A DNA stretch of 64,000 nt from a virus. The notes under the pieces are model-generated. The model saw only the letters and a list, made by a program, of their open reading frames with translations, was not told the origin of the DNA and did no database searches. Of this stretch, positions 16,258-25,947 are shown in pieces (positions within the stretch are counted from its first letter, which is position 1; every line of letters begins with the position of its first letter). Position numbers and translations under genes: made by a program. Where the stretch lies: IMG/VR virus record IMGVR_UViG_3300044698_000251, positions 822-64,821 of that record. One strand, 5' to 3'.

Positions 16258-17094
16258 ATGCCGGTCATCAATCCAACTCCTCAGACCACGCCGGGTGGTG
16301 CCGGCGACATCACCGGGCCGTGCGCAGACTGGCCCGTCACCTGGACCTGCGACCTCGACACACTGAACCCGGCCGTGACCGGGATCGCCGTCTCTATGGC
16401 CACGGAGACTCTGTGGGCGTTGACGGGTATGCGGTTCGGTGTCTGCCAGGTGACGCTCCGCCCGTGCGCCCGCGACTGCCAGACCGGTTCGTTCTACGAC
16501 GACTTCGGGCCGCCGTGGGCGTCGGGCTCCTATCCGCAGCCCGCGCTGATCGGGGGGCTTTGGTACAACCTGACGTGCGGTTCCTGCGCGGGCGACTGTT
16601 CGTGCACCGAAGTGTCTGAGGTGCGGCTGCCGGCCCCGGTGAACACGATCGTCGAGGTGCTGATCGACGGCACGCCGATGGTGTCGGGCGCGTACCGCAT
16701 CGACAACAACCGGCTGTTGGTGCGCACAGACGGGCAGCGCTGGCCGCGCTGCAATGACTTGAACCTGGACGACACCGAAGTGGGTACCTGGTCGGTGACG
16801 GCGACGTACGGGGAGTCGCTGCCGGAGGGCGCGTCGCTGGCGGTGGGCCAGTTGGCGTGCGAGATCGCGAAGGCTGCGGATGGCGGGGACTGCAAGTTGC
16901 CGGCCGGATTGCAGCAGCTCGTACGCCAGGGGGTGACGATCTCGTATCCGGATGTGGGTGAGCTGTTCCGGCAGGGGCGGACGGGCCTGTATCTGGTGGA
17001 CATGTTCGTGGCGACGTGGAATCCGTACGGGCTGAGACAACGCTCGCGGGTGTACAGCGTGGACCGGCCGACGGTACGTAGAGCGGGGACCTGA
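16258..17094 (+). CDS. Head-to-tail adaptor
   Basis: ATETLWALTGMRFG.C.VTLRPC, QQLVRQGVTI, GRTGLYLVD..V..WNP. Confidence 0.7.
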   Translation: MPVINPTPQTTPGGAGDITGPCADWPVTWTCDLDTLNPAVTGIAVSMATETLWALTGMRFGVCQVTLRPCARDCQTGSFYDDFGPPWASGSYPQPALIGGLWYNLTCGSCAGDCSCTEVSEVRLPAPVNTIVEVLIDGTPMVSGAYRIDNNRLLVRTDGQRWPRCNDLNLDDTEVGTWSVTATYGESLPEGASLAVGQLACEIAKAADGGDCKLPAGLQQLVRQGVTISYPDVGELFRQGRTGLYLVDMFVATWNPYGLRQRSRVYSVDRPTVRRAGT

Positions 17095-17095
17095 C

Positions 17096-17602
17096 ATGCC
17101 GATGATCTCTGGCGAGCTGAAGTGGTACACCGTTGCCTCACGCCTGGAGCAGGCGATCTACGCCGAACTCACCGTCGCCCCCGACCGGCACGGTGTCGTC
17201 CCCGGGGCGATCGCCTGGGACGCCTGCGACTGCGGTCTCCTCGCCGTGTCCGTCGGCCAGATCTACCCGACCGAGCAGTTCCCCAACCCGGCGCAAGCCC
17301 GCGTCGGCAACGGCTGCGACGCGCCATGGGAAGCCGCCGAGATCATCATGCAGGTGGTGCGGTGCACCCCCACCCACGACGACCAAGGCAACCCGCCCAC
17401 CACAGCCGCACTCGACACGTCCGCCCGCGAGATCCTGACCGACGCGCATCAGATGATGCGCGCCGTCTCCACCACCCTGTGCCAGATGAACAGGGACCGC
17501 GAGATCTCCGACTTCGTCATGCGCGCCAACGCCCCGCAGGGCCCGTCCGGTGCGTGCGGCGGCAACGAACTGCGCGCCGTCGTCTCCCTCCCACGGAACT
17601 GA
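17096..17602 (+). CDS. Tail terminator-like protein
   Basis: PGAIAWDACDCG.LAV, PQGPSGACGG; position. Confidence 0.6.
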   Translation: MPMISGELKWYTVASRLEQAIYAELTVAPDRHGVVPGAIAWDACDCGLLAVSVGQIYPTEQFPNPAQARVGNGCDAPWEAAEIIMQVVRCTPTHDDQGNPPTTAALDTSAREILTDAHQMMRAVSTTLCQMNRDREISDFVMRANAPQGPSGACGGNELRAVVSLPRN

Positions 17603-17610
17603 GGACGCTC

Positions 17611-18003
17611 ATGTTCACGGTGTCGACTAGCTTCAACCTCGACCGGACTCGCATCGAACGCATGCTGCGCCTGCCCGGCGGCCTGGTCTACCGCAACATG
17701 GAACGCCGCGTCCGCCGCGTCGAAGCCGAAGCCATCCGCCGAGCGCCCGGCCGCATGGGACGTGACATCCGCGCACAGATCCAGCGCGGCCCCGGCGGCG
17801 ACTTCCGAGGAGTCATCAACGTCCGTCACCCCGCAGCCATCTATGTCACCGGGGGAACGCGCCCGCATCAGATCCGTCCGCGCAGGCCAGGCGGCGTTTT
17901 GCGGTTCACGGTGAACGGACAGGTCGTGTACGCGCGGCTCGTCAACCATCCCGGTACGAAACCCAACGACTTCCTACGGCAGGCGTTGCGCGCTGCCCTG
18001 TAA
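17611..18003 (+). CDS. Minor tail / neck protein (HK97 gp10-like)
   Basis: GAGG RBS; GTRPHQIRP...LRF.VNGQVVYARLVNHPGTKPNDFL. Confidence 0.65.
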   Translation: MFTVSTSFNLDRTRIERMLRLPGGLVYRNMERRVRRVEAEAIRRAPGRMGRDIRAQIQRGPGGDFRGVINVRHPAAIYVTGGTRPHQIRPRRPGGVLRFTVNGQVVYARLVNHPGTKPNDFLRQALRAAL

Positions 18004-18007
18004 CGCT

Positions 18008-18040
18008 CCGGAATGATCATGCGCGGGCGGTACCTACCGT
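18008..18040 (+). promoter_or_regulatory. Late-promoter-like motif, leaderless for tail assembly chaperone
   Basis: CCGGAATGATC-N16-TACCGT-N7-ATG(18048); no RBS. Confidence 0.75.
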
Positions 18041-18047
18041 CCACCCC

Positions 18048-18497
18048 ATGACCGACATCGCCGCCACCCCAACACCCATCATGGACTTCACCGAGGAACA
18101 CCAGCGCGTCCTCTTCCGCATCGACGACGACGTCTTCGAAGCCGCACGCGCCCTCCCCGGGAAAACCCTCGCCCGCTTCGCATCCCGCTTCGCCAACGTG
18201 GAGAAAGCCGGCCACGAGGAGCAGATCAACGCGATTGGCGACGCCCTCGGCCTAGTCCTCCTGCCCGACTCCAACGCCCGCTTCCAGAAACGGCTGGAAG
18301 ACCTCGAAAACCCCATCGGCCTGGAGCAGGCCGGACGCATCATCGAGTGGCTTATGGAGCAGTACGGCCACCGCCCTACCGAGCCGTCCTCGGACTCGTC
18401 CACTGGGCCAGCCAGCCCGGTATCTGGCACGAGCTCGACGGACGCGCAGCCGCAGCCGGTATCGATCCCGGCGACCTTCCAGCCGACCGCTTCCTGA
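18048..18497 (+). CDS. Tail assembly chaperone
   Basis: Immediately upstream of tape measure; ends ..YGHRPTEPSS.. Confidence 0.75.
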   Translation: MTDIAATPTPIMDFTEEHQRVLFRIDDDVFEAARALPGKTLARFASRFANVEKAGHEEQINAIGDALGLVLLPDSNARFQKRLEDLENPIGLEQAGRIIEWLMEQYGHRPTEPSSDSSTGPASPVSGTSSTDAQPQPVSIPATFQPTAS

Positions 18498-18730
18498 ACC
18501 TCATCTACGCCGAAATGCTTCAGCGCCTGCATGTCCGCGAGGGACAGACACCGGATGCCGCCCGCAAGCGGTTCGACGGGCAGCTCGACGTGCGCGCGTG
18601 GGTGACACCCGGCACCGAAGCCAAGGAAACCGTGGCCCGGGACCCGAAGGCCCCGTGGTGGTGGGACAACGCTGAAGACGCCAGCCAGCCCTTCATGGCT
18701 ATGGCCCGCGCAAGGGGAATGATCGAATGA
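18375..18730 (+). CDS. Tail assembly chaperone -1 frame extension (G-T type); start approximate
   Basis: -1 frame open across chaperone 3' end, no RBS/start; LDGRAAAAGID..DLPADRFLNLIY; stop overlaps tape-measure ATG. Confidence 0.55.
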
Positions 18731-21700
18731 GCAGCCCCGCCGGAGACGGCCTCGTCGGTGACGCCAGCATTCGCGTCGACGCCAACACCGACCCGGCGGT
18801 CCTCGCCCTGGCCCGTTTCTCACGCGACGCCCAAGGCCGCATCCGTGACGTCCGCGGCCGGTTCGTGGCCGACGGCACGATCATCAACCGGTCGCTCATC
18901 AGCGCAGCCGGAGGAGGCGACCGCTTCGGCGGATCACTGCGTTCCCTGGCATCCGTCGCGGGCAGCGTAGGCGGGATCCTCGGCAAAGTCGGCCTGACCC
19001 TCGGCAAAGTTGGTGCCGCCGCCGGTACCGCGGCCCCGCTCCTCGCGGGCATCGTGACCACGTTGCAGAACGTCGCCCCCGCCGGCGCGGTCGCGGTTAC
19101 CGGAATGCTCGCCGTCACCCAGGCATCGGCTGCTATCAAGCTCGGCATGGTCGGCGTGGAGGAAGCCGTCAGCTCGGCCTTCGACACCAGCGAGGAAGGC
19201 GCGAAAAAGTTCGACGAGGCGCTGAAGAAGCTCGCACCGAACGCCCGCGCCTTCGCCCTCCAGGTCCGCACTCTGGCTCCGGCGTTCCGCGAATTTCAGC
19301 AGGGCGTACAGAACAAGCTGTTCACCGGACTCAGCCAGGAACTCGGACGGCTCTCCACGTCCGTGCTCCCCGTCCTGCGCAAGAACATCAACGACACGGC
19401 CACCACCCTCAACCGCATGGCGCTCGGCGCCACCGGAGCGGCCCGCTCACTCGCCACCAGCGGCACCCTCGGCAAGGCGATGGCCGGCGCGAACCAGGGT
19501 CTGGCGAACCTACAGAAGACCCCTGGGCAGGTCGTCACGGCACTGGGGCAGCTCGCGGCTGCGGGTGCGCCGGCGTTCGACCGCTTGACGGGTGCGGTAG
19601 CCGACGTTGCGACGAAGATCAGTGACCGGCTCAGCGGGGCGTTCAAATCCGGCGCGTTGGAGGACGCCGTCAATACGGCGGTCGATCTGCTGAAGGATCT
19701 CGGCACGGTCGTCAGCAATGTGTTCGGGGCGCTCGGCAATATCCTGGCCCCGGTCCAGGCGGCTGGAGGCGGTCTCGTCGGCACCCTCGTGGAGATCACT
19801 GGGGCGTTGAAGGACGCGACGGGGACGCAAGCATTCCAGTCCGCGATCGGATCCCTCGCGGGCGTCATGGGCACCCTCGCGCGCACCGTCGGCCCGCTGC
19901 TGGGGCAGGTCCTGTCTACGATCGCCCCGATCTTCATCGAACTCGGCCCTCCCGTCGAGCGGCTCATCACGGCCCTCGGCGCGGGACTGTCCCCGATCAT
20001 CACCGGACTGCGCCCAGTCCTGGCCGCGGCCGCTGACGCGCTCGGTGTTCTCATCGACGCCGTCTCCCCCCTCCTGCCCATCGTCGGCAACCTCATCGCG
20101 TCGCTGCTGCCGCCACTGGTGCCGCTACTGCTGTCCATTGGCGACGTGTTCGCGCAGGCCGCCCCGATCGTGAAGCTGGTAGCCGACGTCCTGGCCAGGG
20201 CACTCGCGCCGATCTTCGCCCAGCTCCCGGCGATCATCACACCGGTGGCGAACCTGTTGACCATGCTCGCCGGGACCCTCTTCCCGGTCCTCGCCCAAGT
20301 TGTCCTCGCGATCGCCCCGTCACTCACACGCATCGGCCAGTCATTCGGGCAGCTCCTCGCCGCCGTCGCACCGTTGCTGACGATCCTGGGCGAACTCATT
20401 GGCGGCGTTCTCGTGGCCCTGTTGCCGCTCCTCACGCCGATCATCGACATGGTGGCGCAGCTCGCCGCCGTGTTCGCCGACCAGCTCGCGAATGCCCTCA
20501 ACAACGTGGTCATCCCTGCGGTGCAGTTGGTGACAGCACTGTTGCAGGGTGACGCGTCGGCTGCATGGCAGGCCTTCAAGGACCTCCTCGGTGGAATCGT
20601 CCGCTACCTGATCGATTCGTTCAAGAACTTCGGCCGCGTCATCGGGATCGTCCTCAGCACCCTCCTCGACGTGGTGAAGCAGCTACCCGGCAAGATTTTT
20701 GCCGCACTCAGTGTTCTCTTCGGTGGCCTCTTCCAGATCGGCAAGGTCGCCTGGGACCGCTTCAAGCAGGTTGCCATCGCGGGCGGCCTCGCAGTGATCA
20801 CCTTCGCCCGATCCCTGCCCGGACGTGTACGCAGCGCACTCACCAGCCTCGGCGGCCTCCTCGCCACCTTGGCAAGCGGCGCCCTGAACCGCTTCAACTC
20901 CGCCGTACGCACCGGCGCAGACAAAGCCATCGCCTTCGCCCGCGGCATCCCCGGCAAGATCCGCAGCGGCTTCGGCGCCGTCGGCGGTTTCCTGGCCAGC
21001 GCAGGCCGCGACCTCATCCGAGGAATGATCAACGGCGTCAAGGACATGGCCGGAAGCCTCATCTCCGCAGCCAAGGACGTAGTCGGCGGAGCCATCGACG
21101 GAGCCAAGAGCCTGCTGGGGATCAGCTCTCCGTCGAAGGTATTCGCCGAGATCGGACGCGACACCGGGCGCGGCTTCATCAACGGCCTCACCGGAACCCG
21201 CGACCAGATCAACCGCACCGCCACCACGATCGCGGCCAGCATCACCAAAGCATTCCGCGGACAAGCCACCCGCACCGACGACCGCCTCGTCACCCTCGTC
21301 CAGCAGGGCAACCGGCGCTTGCAGACCCTGGCCCGCGAACGCGACCGGATCGCCCAGCAGGTCGCCGCCGCCCAAAAGTTCGCGGGCGACCTGACACAGC
21401 GCGCCAGCACCTCCTTCTCTCTGTCGTCCCTGGCCGGACAGGAAGGCCTCAGCGCGGGCACGATCGAAGCTGGCCTGCGGCGCGGGAACAAGGCGATCCG
21501 GGACTTCGCGAAAAATATCCGCGCACTCCAGGCCAAGGGCTTGTCGAAAGGCCTGCTGCGGCAGTTGCTGGAGCTGGGGCCGGAGCAGGGTGGGGCGCTC
21601 GCGCAGACCTTGGCAGATCAGGGCAAGGACTACATCAAGCGGATCAACTCGTTGCAGGGCAGCGTCACGCGGTCCAGTACGGCGCTCGGCAAGCTCGGCG

Positions 21701-22200
21701 CGGATGCCCTGTTCGATGCGGGCAAGGAGGCCGGCCGGGGTTTCCTGACGGGGTTGCGGGCGCAGCAGAAGCAGATCGAGCAGCTGATGCTGTCGATCGC
21801 GAAGGGCATGCAGAAGGCGATCCGGAAAGCTTTGGGTATCAAGTCCCCGAGCACGGTGATGGCGGAGGTGGGCCGGCAGTCGACGCTCGGTCTCGCACTC
21901 GGCCTGAAGGACCGGCTACCTCAGGTGCAGCAAGCGGTGGCCGCCTTGTCGAGCAGCGTCGCCGGGACAGCAGGGAACCTGCGCGCCGGCGCGCCCGCCC
22001 TCACCGGGGTCGGGGCGCTCCCGGTCGGCGCCTCGCGTACGGGCACCGGAGGAGCGACGGTGGTCAACTACAACTACAACCTGAACCTGACCAACCGCGG
22101 CGTGATCAGCAGCAAGCAGGAATTCCGCGACTACCTCATTCGCGAACTCGACACCCTGCGCCGCCTCAACAAACTTCCCACCGCCAAAAGGGGAGGCTGA
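18727..22200 (+). CDS. Tape measure protein
   Basis: 1157 aa, Ala/Gly/Leu-rich helical repeats, ISSPSKVF and IKSPSTVM motifs. Confidence 0.93.
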   Translation: MSSPAGDGLVGDASIRVDANTDPAVLALARFSRDAQGRIRDVRGRFVADGTIINRSLISAAGGGDRFGGSLRSLASVAGSVGGILGKVGLTLGKVGAAAGTAAPLLAGIVTTLQNVAPAGAVAVTGMLAVTQASAAIKLGMVGVEEAVSSAFDTSEEGAKKFDEALKKLAPNARAFALQVRTLAPAFREFQQGVQNKLFTGLSQELGRLSTSVLPVLRKNINDTATTLNRMALGATGAARSLATSGTLGKAMAGANQGLANLQKTPGQVVTALGQLAAAGAPAFDRLTGAVADVATKISDRLSGAFKSGALEDAVNTAVDLLKDLGTVVSNVFGALGNILAPVQAAGGGLVGTLVEITGALKDATGTQAFQSAIGSLAGVMGTLARTVGPLLGQVLSTIAPIFIELGPPVERLITALGAGLSPIITGLRPVLAAAADALGVLIDAVSPLLPIVGNLIASLLPPLVPLLLSIGDVFAQAAPIVKLVADVLARALAPIFAQLPAIITPVANLLTMLAGTLFPVLAQVVLAIAPSLTRIGQSFGQLLAAVAPLLTILGELIGGVLVALLPLLTPIIDMVAQLAAVFADQLANALNNVVIPAVQLVTALLQGDASAAWQAFKDLLGGIVRYLIDSFKNFGRVIGIVLSTLLDVVKQLPGKIFAALSVLFGGLFQIGKVAWDRFKQVAIAGGLAVITFARSLPGRVRSALTSLGGLLATLASGALNRFNSAVRTGADKAIAFARGIPGKIRSGFGAVGGFLASAGRDLIRGMINGVKDMAGSLISAAKDVVGGAIDGAKSLLGISSPSKVFAEIGRDTGRGFINGLTGTRDQINRTATTIAASITKAFRGQATRTDDRLVTLVQQGNRRLQTLARERDRIAQQVAAAQKFAGDLTQRASTSFSLSSLAGQEGLSAGTIEAGLRRGNKAIRDFAKNIRALQAKGLSKGLLRQLLELGPEQGGALAQTLADQGKDYIKRINSLQGSVTRSSTALGKLGADALFDAGKEAGRGFLTGLRAQQKQIEQLMLSIAKGMQKAIRKALGIKSPSTVMAEVGRQSTLGLALGLKDRLPQVQQAVAALSSSVAGTAGNLRAGAPALTGVGALPVGASRTGTGGATVVNYNYNLNLTNRGVISSKQEFRDYLIRELDTLRRLNKLPTAKRGG

Positions 22201-22203
22201 CCC

Positions 22204-22971
22204 GTGCCCTGCTCCACCACCACCACCTACGAGATGGCCGTCGACTGGCAGAACGACGGCACCTTCACCGGCCCGCACGACGACGTCACCGACGATGTCC
22301 TCGACAGCGGCGTCACCGTCACCTACGGCCGCGAGCAGGGACGCCAACTGTCCCCGGGCGCCGTGGGCGGCACGGAGATGATCCTGTGCAACGCGAGTCG
22401 CCTCTACTCCCCGGAAAGCCCCGACAGTCCTATCGCGGCAGACATCGGGCCTGCCCGCCCTGTCCGCTTCCAGGTCACCCAGGACAGCACCACCTACCCG
22501 CTCTTCACCGGCCGCGTCGACGACTTCACCCTCCGCGCTGACTACACCAACCGCTCCGCGGACATCAGCGCCCTCGACGGACTCGCCCTCCTCCAAGGCC
22601 TCGACATCACCACCGAAATCCTCACCGCACCTCGCACCGGGCAGATCATCGACCGTATCCTCGACGCCGTCGGCTGGACCGCCGCCCGCGACCTCGACCC
22701 CGGCGCCACCCACCCCCGCTACTGGTGGGCCGACAGCGAAGACGCCTTCGACGCATTGCAGGCCGTGGTGCGGTCGGAGGGCCCGCCGGCCATCGCCTAT
22801 GTGGCACCGGACGGCACGTTCACGTACCGGGACCGGCACCACCGGCTGCTGCATGCGGCTTCAGTGACATCGCAGGCCACGTACTCGTCAGGCGCTTTGG
22901 GCGAGTGCTGTACGACGTTCGGATATGGCACGGGCGGCTACGGTGAGTGTGGCTATGGAGGTGGCACCTGA
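22204..22971 (+). CDS. Minor tail protein (N-terminal half-like)
   Basis: VDWQNDG.F, YGREQGRQLSPG, EGPPAIAYV.PDGTF.YRDRHHR; ends in GYGTGGYGECGYGG. Confidence 0.65.
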   Translation: MPCSTTTTYEMAVDWQNDGTFTGPHDDVTDDVLDSGVTVTYGREQGRQLSPGAVGGTEMILCNASRLYSPESPDSPIAADIGPARPVRFQVTQDSTTYPLFTGRVDDFTLRADYTNRSADISALDGLALLQGLDITTEILTAPRTGQIIDRILDAVGWTAARDLDPGATHPRYWWADSEDAFDALQAVVRSEGPPAIAYVAPDGTFTYRDRHHRLLHAASVTSQATYSSGALGECCTTFGYGTGGYGECGYGGGT

Positions 22972-24683
22972 TGACGTTCACGCCGATCGCATTCGGAACG
23001 CAGAGCTGGCATACGCCGCTCAATGCCGCGTTGCAGGACTTGCAGGACCAGATCAATGACTGGCAGATCATCAATGTCGTCGAGTTCGGAGCGGCCGGGG
23101 ATGGTACGACGGATGACACGACGGCTATCCAGGCGGCACTTGACGCCGCGTACACAGACTCCGCTACCGTCCCGCAGGGCCGTACGGTGTACCTTCCCGC
23201 AGGCACGTTCCGCATATCGGCGCCACTGACCATTCCGCCGTACGTGACCCTGCGGGGCCCATACGCCATGCGCGGGACCAACATCCAGAAGAGCATCATC
23301 AAACCGATGTCCACGTTCAGCGGCACAGCGGTTCTCACCATGGTCAGCGCCGCGTCGGGCGGCTACCTCACCCGGTCTGAAGGACAGCGGTTCGTCGATA
23401 TCACCATTGACGGTGACGTACTGCCGGGTACAACCACAGGCATCCTGGCCACGGGCGACGTACACGGTGTGGTCATGCACAATGTCAGCATTGACGCGGT
23501 GACCGACCGGGGCGTTCAGACTGTCACTGACGGCTCGGGCAATCCGTTCTCCTGGTATCTGAACAACGTCCAGGTTTCCACCGCAACCCTAGACGGATTC
23601 CGCCTCGCGAGCGCAACCGACAGTACCCTCATCGACTGCCGCGCCATCGGATGCGGCCGGCACGGATATTACGTCAGTGCTATGGCCAACTCCATCTTCA
23701 CCGACTGCCGGTCCGAATTCTCTGGTCAGCAGGGCTGGAATATCGCCGACAGTTGGGGTACCGGCACCGGGTCCGGCGGAGCCGTATGGAATGGCTGCAC
23801 CACCGACCGCAGCGAACGCAACGGCTTCCTGATCACCGCGACCGGCTCCGCCACCCTCCAGTTCAACGGCATCGTCTGCCGCCGTGATGGCCGCAACGCC
23901 AATGGCGGTGGTGGCGGATACGCTGGATTCGCCGCCAGTTCTGCTACCGCCCCAGTCCAGGTTGACGGCCTCGTCGTCTACCCCGGCGTGGACGATGACG
24001 GAACCGGAACCAACTCGCCGCAGATCGGATTTATCTCCACCGGTTCCACCTGGGTCAGCCTGGGATCCGGATATCTCCACGCTCAGACCACGGCGTTCAC
24101 CGACGGTGGCACCAACACCTTCCTGCAGCGCGGCCCCGGCGTGGGCCTGGCCACCGGTTCAACGACGGCACCCACCCGGTCCGCCACAGAGCCCTGGAAC
24201 TTCGCGGGACCTGTCACCGTGACCCAGGGGGGTTATCTGGCGAGCCGTGGCGCTTCCACCAACGCAGCCCTGGAAGCTCAAGTCACTGGTGACTCTGTGA
24301 CGCGGTGGAATGTTCAAGCCAGCGGTGACACATCCTGGGGTTCCGGCTCAGCGACCCGGGACATCACGCTGGGTCGGAGCGCCGCGAACACGCTGTCCCT
24401 GACTACCGCCAATCTTCGCATCGCCACAGCGGGCCGGGGACTCCAGGTCGCCGAGGGTGCCAACGCGAAGATGGGGACAGCCGTCCTGGTGGCAGGCACA
24501 GTCACGGTCGCCACGACTGCGGTGACGGCCAACTCCCGCATCTACCTCACCTCCCAGGTGGACGGCGGCACGCCAGGCTTCCAGCGCGTGTCCGCGCGCG
24601 TGGCCGCAACCTCGTTCACCATCACCAGCTCCAACGCCGCCGACACATCGACGGTGGCATGGATGATTGTGGAGCCCGCTTGA
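22971..24683 (+). CDS. Tailspike with pectate-lyase-3-like right-handed beta-helix (putative depolymerase)
   Basis: INVVEFGAAGDGTTDDTTAIQAALDAA, VYLPAGTFRISAPL; beta-helix repeats. Confidence 0.82.
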   Translation: MTFTPIAFGTQSWHTPLNAALQDLQDQINDWQIINVVEFGAAGDGTTDDTTAIQAALDAAYTDSATVPQGRTVYLPAGTFRISAPLTIPPYVTLRGPYAMRGTNIQKSIIKPMSTFSGTAVLTMVSAASGGYLTRSEGQRFVDITIDGDVLPGTTTGILATGDVHGVVMHNVSIDAVTDRGVQTVTDGSGNPFSWYLNNVQVSTATLDGFRLASATDSTLIDCRAIGCGRHGYYVSAMANSIFTDCRSEFSGQQGWNIADSWGTGTGSGGAVWNGCTTDRSERNGFLITATGSATLQFNGIVCRRDGRNANGGGGGYAGFAASSATAPVQVDGLVVYPGVDDDGTGTNSPQIGFISTGSTWVSLGSGYLHAQTTAFTDGGTNTFLQRGPGVGLATGSTTAPTRSATEPWNFAGPVTVTQGGYLASRGASTNAALEAQVTGDSVTRWNVQASGDTSWGSGSATRDITLGRSAANTLSLTTANLRIATAGRGLQVAEGANAKMGTAVLVAGTVTVATTAVTANSRIYLTSQVDGGTPGFQRVSARVAATSFTITSSNAADTSTVAWMIVEPA

Positions 24684-25549
24684 TGGACTTCGACTACACG
24701 GCGCCGTTCGAGTACGAGCACGGCTGGCGCGACATCATCAACTCTGTCGAGCTCGACATCGCCGACCGGATACCGGAATCGGCGCCGTCGGTGGTGTGGG
24801 AATACGGCTCCCCGCTAACCCTCACCTCGGGAGAAACCCGTGAGGTGGAGGCCGCGGCTTCGGACCCGTTCATCAACGCCATCGTCCCGGTCGCCGACAC
24901 CGACTACACCACCGCCGGCGGCACCCTCACGGTGACGCTGACGCGTACGTCGGGGCAGTCCACCGGAGTACGGCTGACAGCGGTGGGGGCGGTCACAGTG
25001 AACGGCCTCCAACTGCGCGCCACCTCCCTGCCGGAAGCCAGCACCACGAAGATTTCACAGATGGACCCGGCGTCCGTGTCCACGCACGGACAGCGCACCT
25101 ACCAGCAGGGCGTCCCCTGGGTGGCGTCCGCCGACGCGCTCGCGGTCGCGCAGCTCGTCATCGCGCACTACTCCACCCGGCGCCCCATCGTCCGTATCCG
25201 GGTCGTCTCCTGCGACGACGCGCATTTCGTGCAGGTCGTCACCCGCACGATCTCCGACCGGATCAGGATCGCCAACGGCGAGCTGGGTCTCGATGAGGAT
25301 TTCTTCATCGAGCAGGTCACCCACACCGTCGACCGAATGAACCCGGAACGGCCGCCCGTGCACGCGGTGGTCCTCGGTTGTGAGCGCGTCCTGGTGGCGG
25401 CCACGACGACGCCGTTCACGTTCGACCTTGCCGCGCACGGTTTCGACGACGGGTTCTTCGGCGGCATCGGAGTGGATGACCCGGACACGGTGTTCATCTT
25501 CGACGACCCGGTTCGGGGCCAGTTCGATCTCGGAGTGTTCGGCACCTGA
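24683..25549 (+). CDS. Minor tail protein (C-terminal half-like)
   Basis: TGATG coupling; FEYEHGWRDIINSV, RTISDRIRI, FFIEQVTH, FTFD...GFDDG.FG. Confidence 0.65.
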   Translation: MDFDYTAPFEYEHGWRDIINSVELDIADRIPESAPSVVWEYGSPLTLTSGETREVEAAASDPFINAIVPVADTDYTTAGGTLTVTLTRTSGQSTGVRLTAVGAVTVNGLQLRATSLPEASTTKISQMDPASVSTHGQRTYQQGVPWVASADALAVAQLVIAHYSTRRPIVRIRVVSCDDAHFVQVVTRTISDRIRIANGELGLDEDFFIEQVTHTVDRMNPERPPVHAVVLGCERVLVAATTTPFTFDLAAHGFDDGFFGGIGVDDPDTVFIFDDPVRGQFDLGVFGT

Positions 25550-25551
25550 CT

Positions 25552-25584
25552 CCGGAACGATCATGTCCGGGGGGTGCCTACCGT
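25552..25584 (+). promoter_or_regulatory. Late-promoter-like motif, leaderless
   Basis: CCGGAACGATC-N16-TACCGT-N7-ATG(25592). Confidence 0.75.
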
Positions 25585-25591
25585 CCCCTCC

Positions 25592-25945
25592 ATGGCCCAA
25601 CTCCTGACAGCCGCAGCCCGCGCACGGGCCAGAGTCAACCACGGCAGGTGGATCGCCGACTGCCCGCGCCCCTACTGCGCCAACGCCGTCAAACTCGGCC
25701 CCCGCCAGGGCACATTCCACTGCGCGGGCGAAGGCGGCTGCCAGATGATCGCCGAGATTGAATGGCCCGGCGACGCCGACGGCATCTGGCAGGCACTGCT
25801 GGAGCGCCCGGTGCCCACCACCAGGAACTGGTACCCGCCCGAGCATGACGAGGCGGTGCGCCTCGGAATCCCCCACGGGCAGACACCGGCCGACCTGCGC
25901 GCGGAACACCGCGAGCACGATGAAGCCGCCGGGCTGGTGGGGTAG
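25592..25945 (+). CDS. Cys-rich hypothetical protein
   Basis: NHGRWIADCPRPYCANA, FHC..GGC, RNWYP. Confidence 0.65.
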   Translation: MAQLLTAAARARARVNHGRWIADCPRPYCANAVKLGPRQGTFHCAGEGGCQMIAEIEWPGDADGIWQALLERPVPTTRNWYPPEHDEAVRLGIPHGQTPADLRAEHREHDEAAGLVG

Positions 25946-25947
25946 CC

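Noticed and set aside
18717-18725. GGAATGATC at 18717 (also near 21021 and on the minus strand at 62291)
   Set aside because: Lacks the CC prefix and a correctly spaced -10; explained by coding sequence (GMI)
19100-19132. CCGGAATGCTC inside the tape measure gene
   Set aside because: No nACnnT hexamer at 16-17 nt; intragenic with no downstream start
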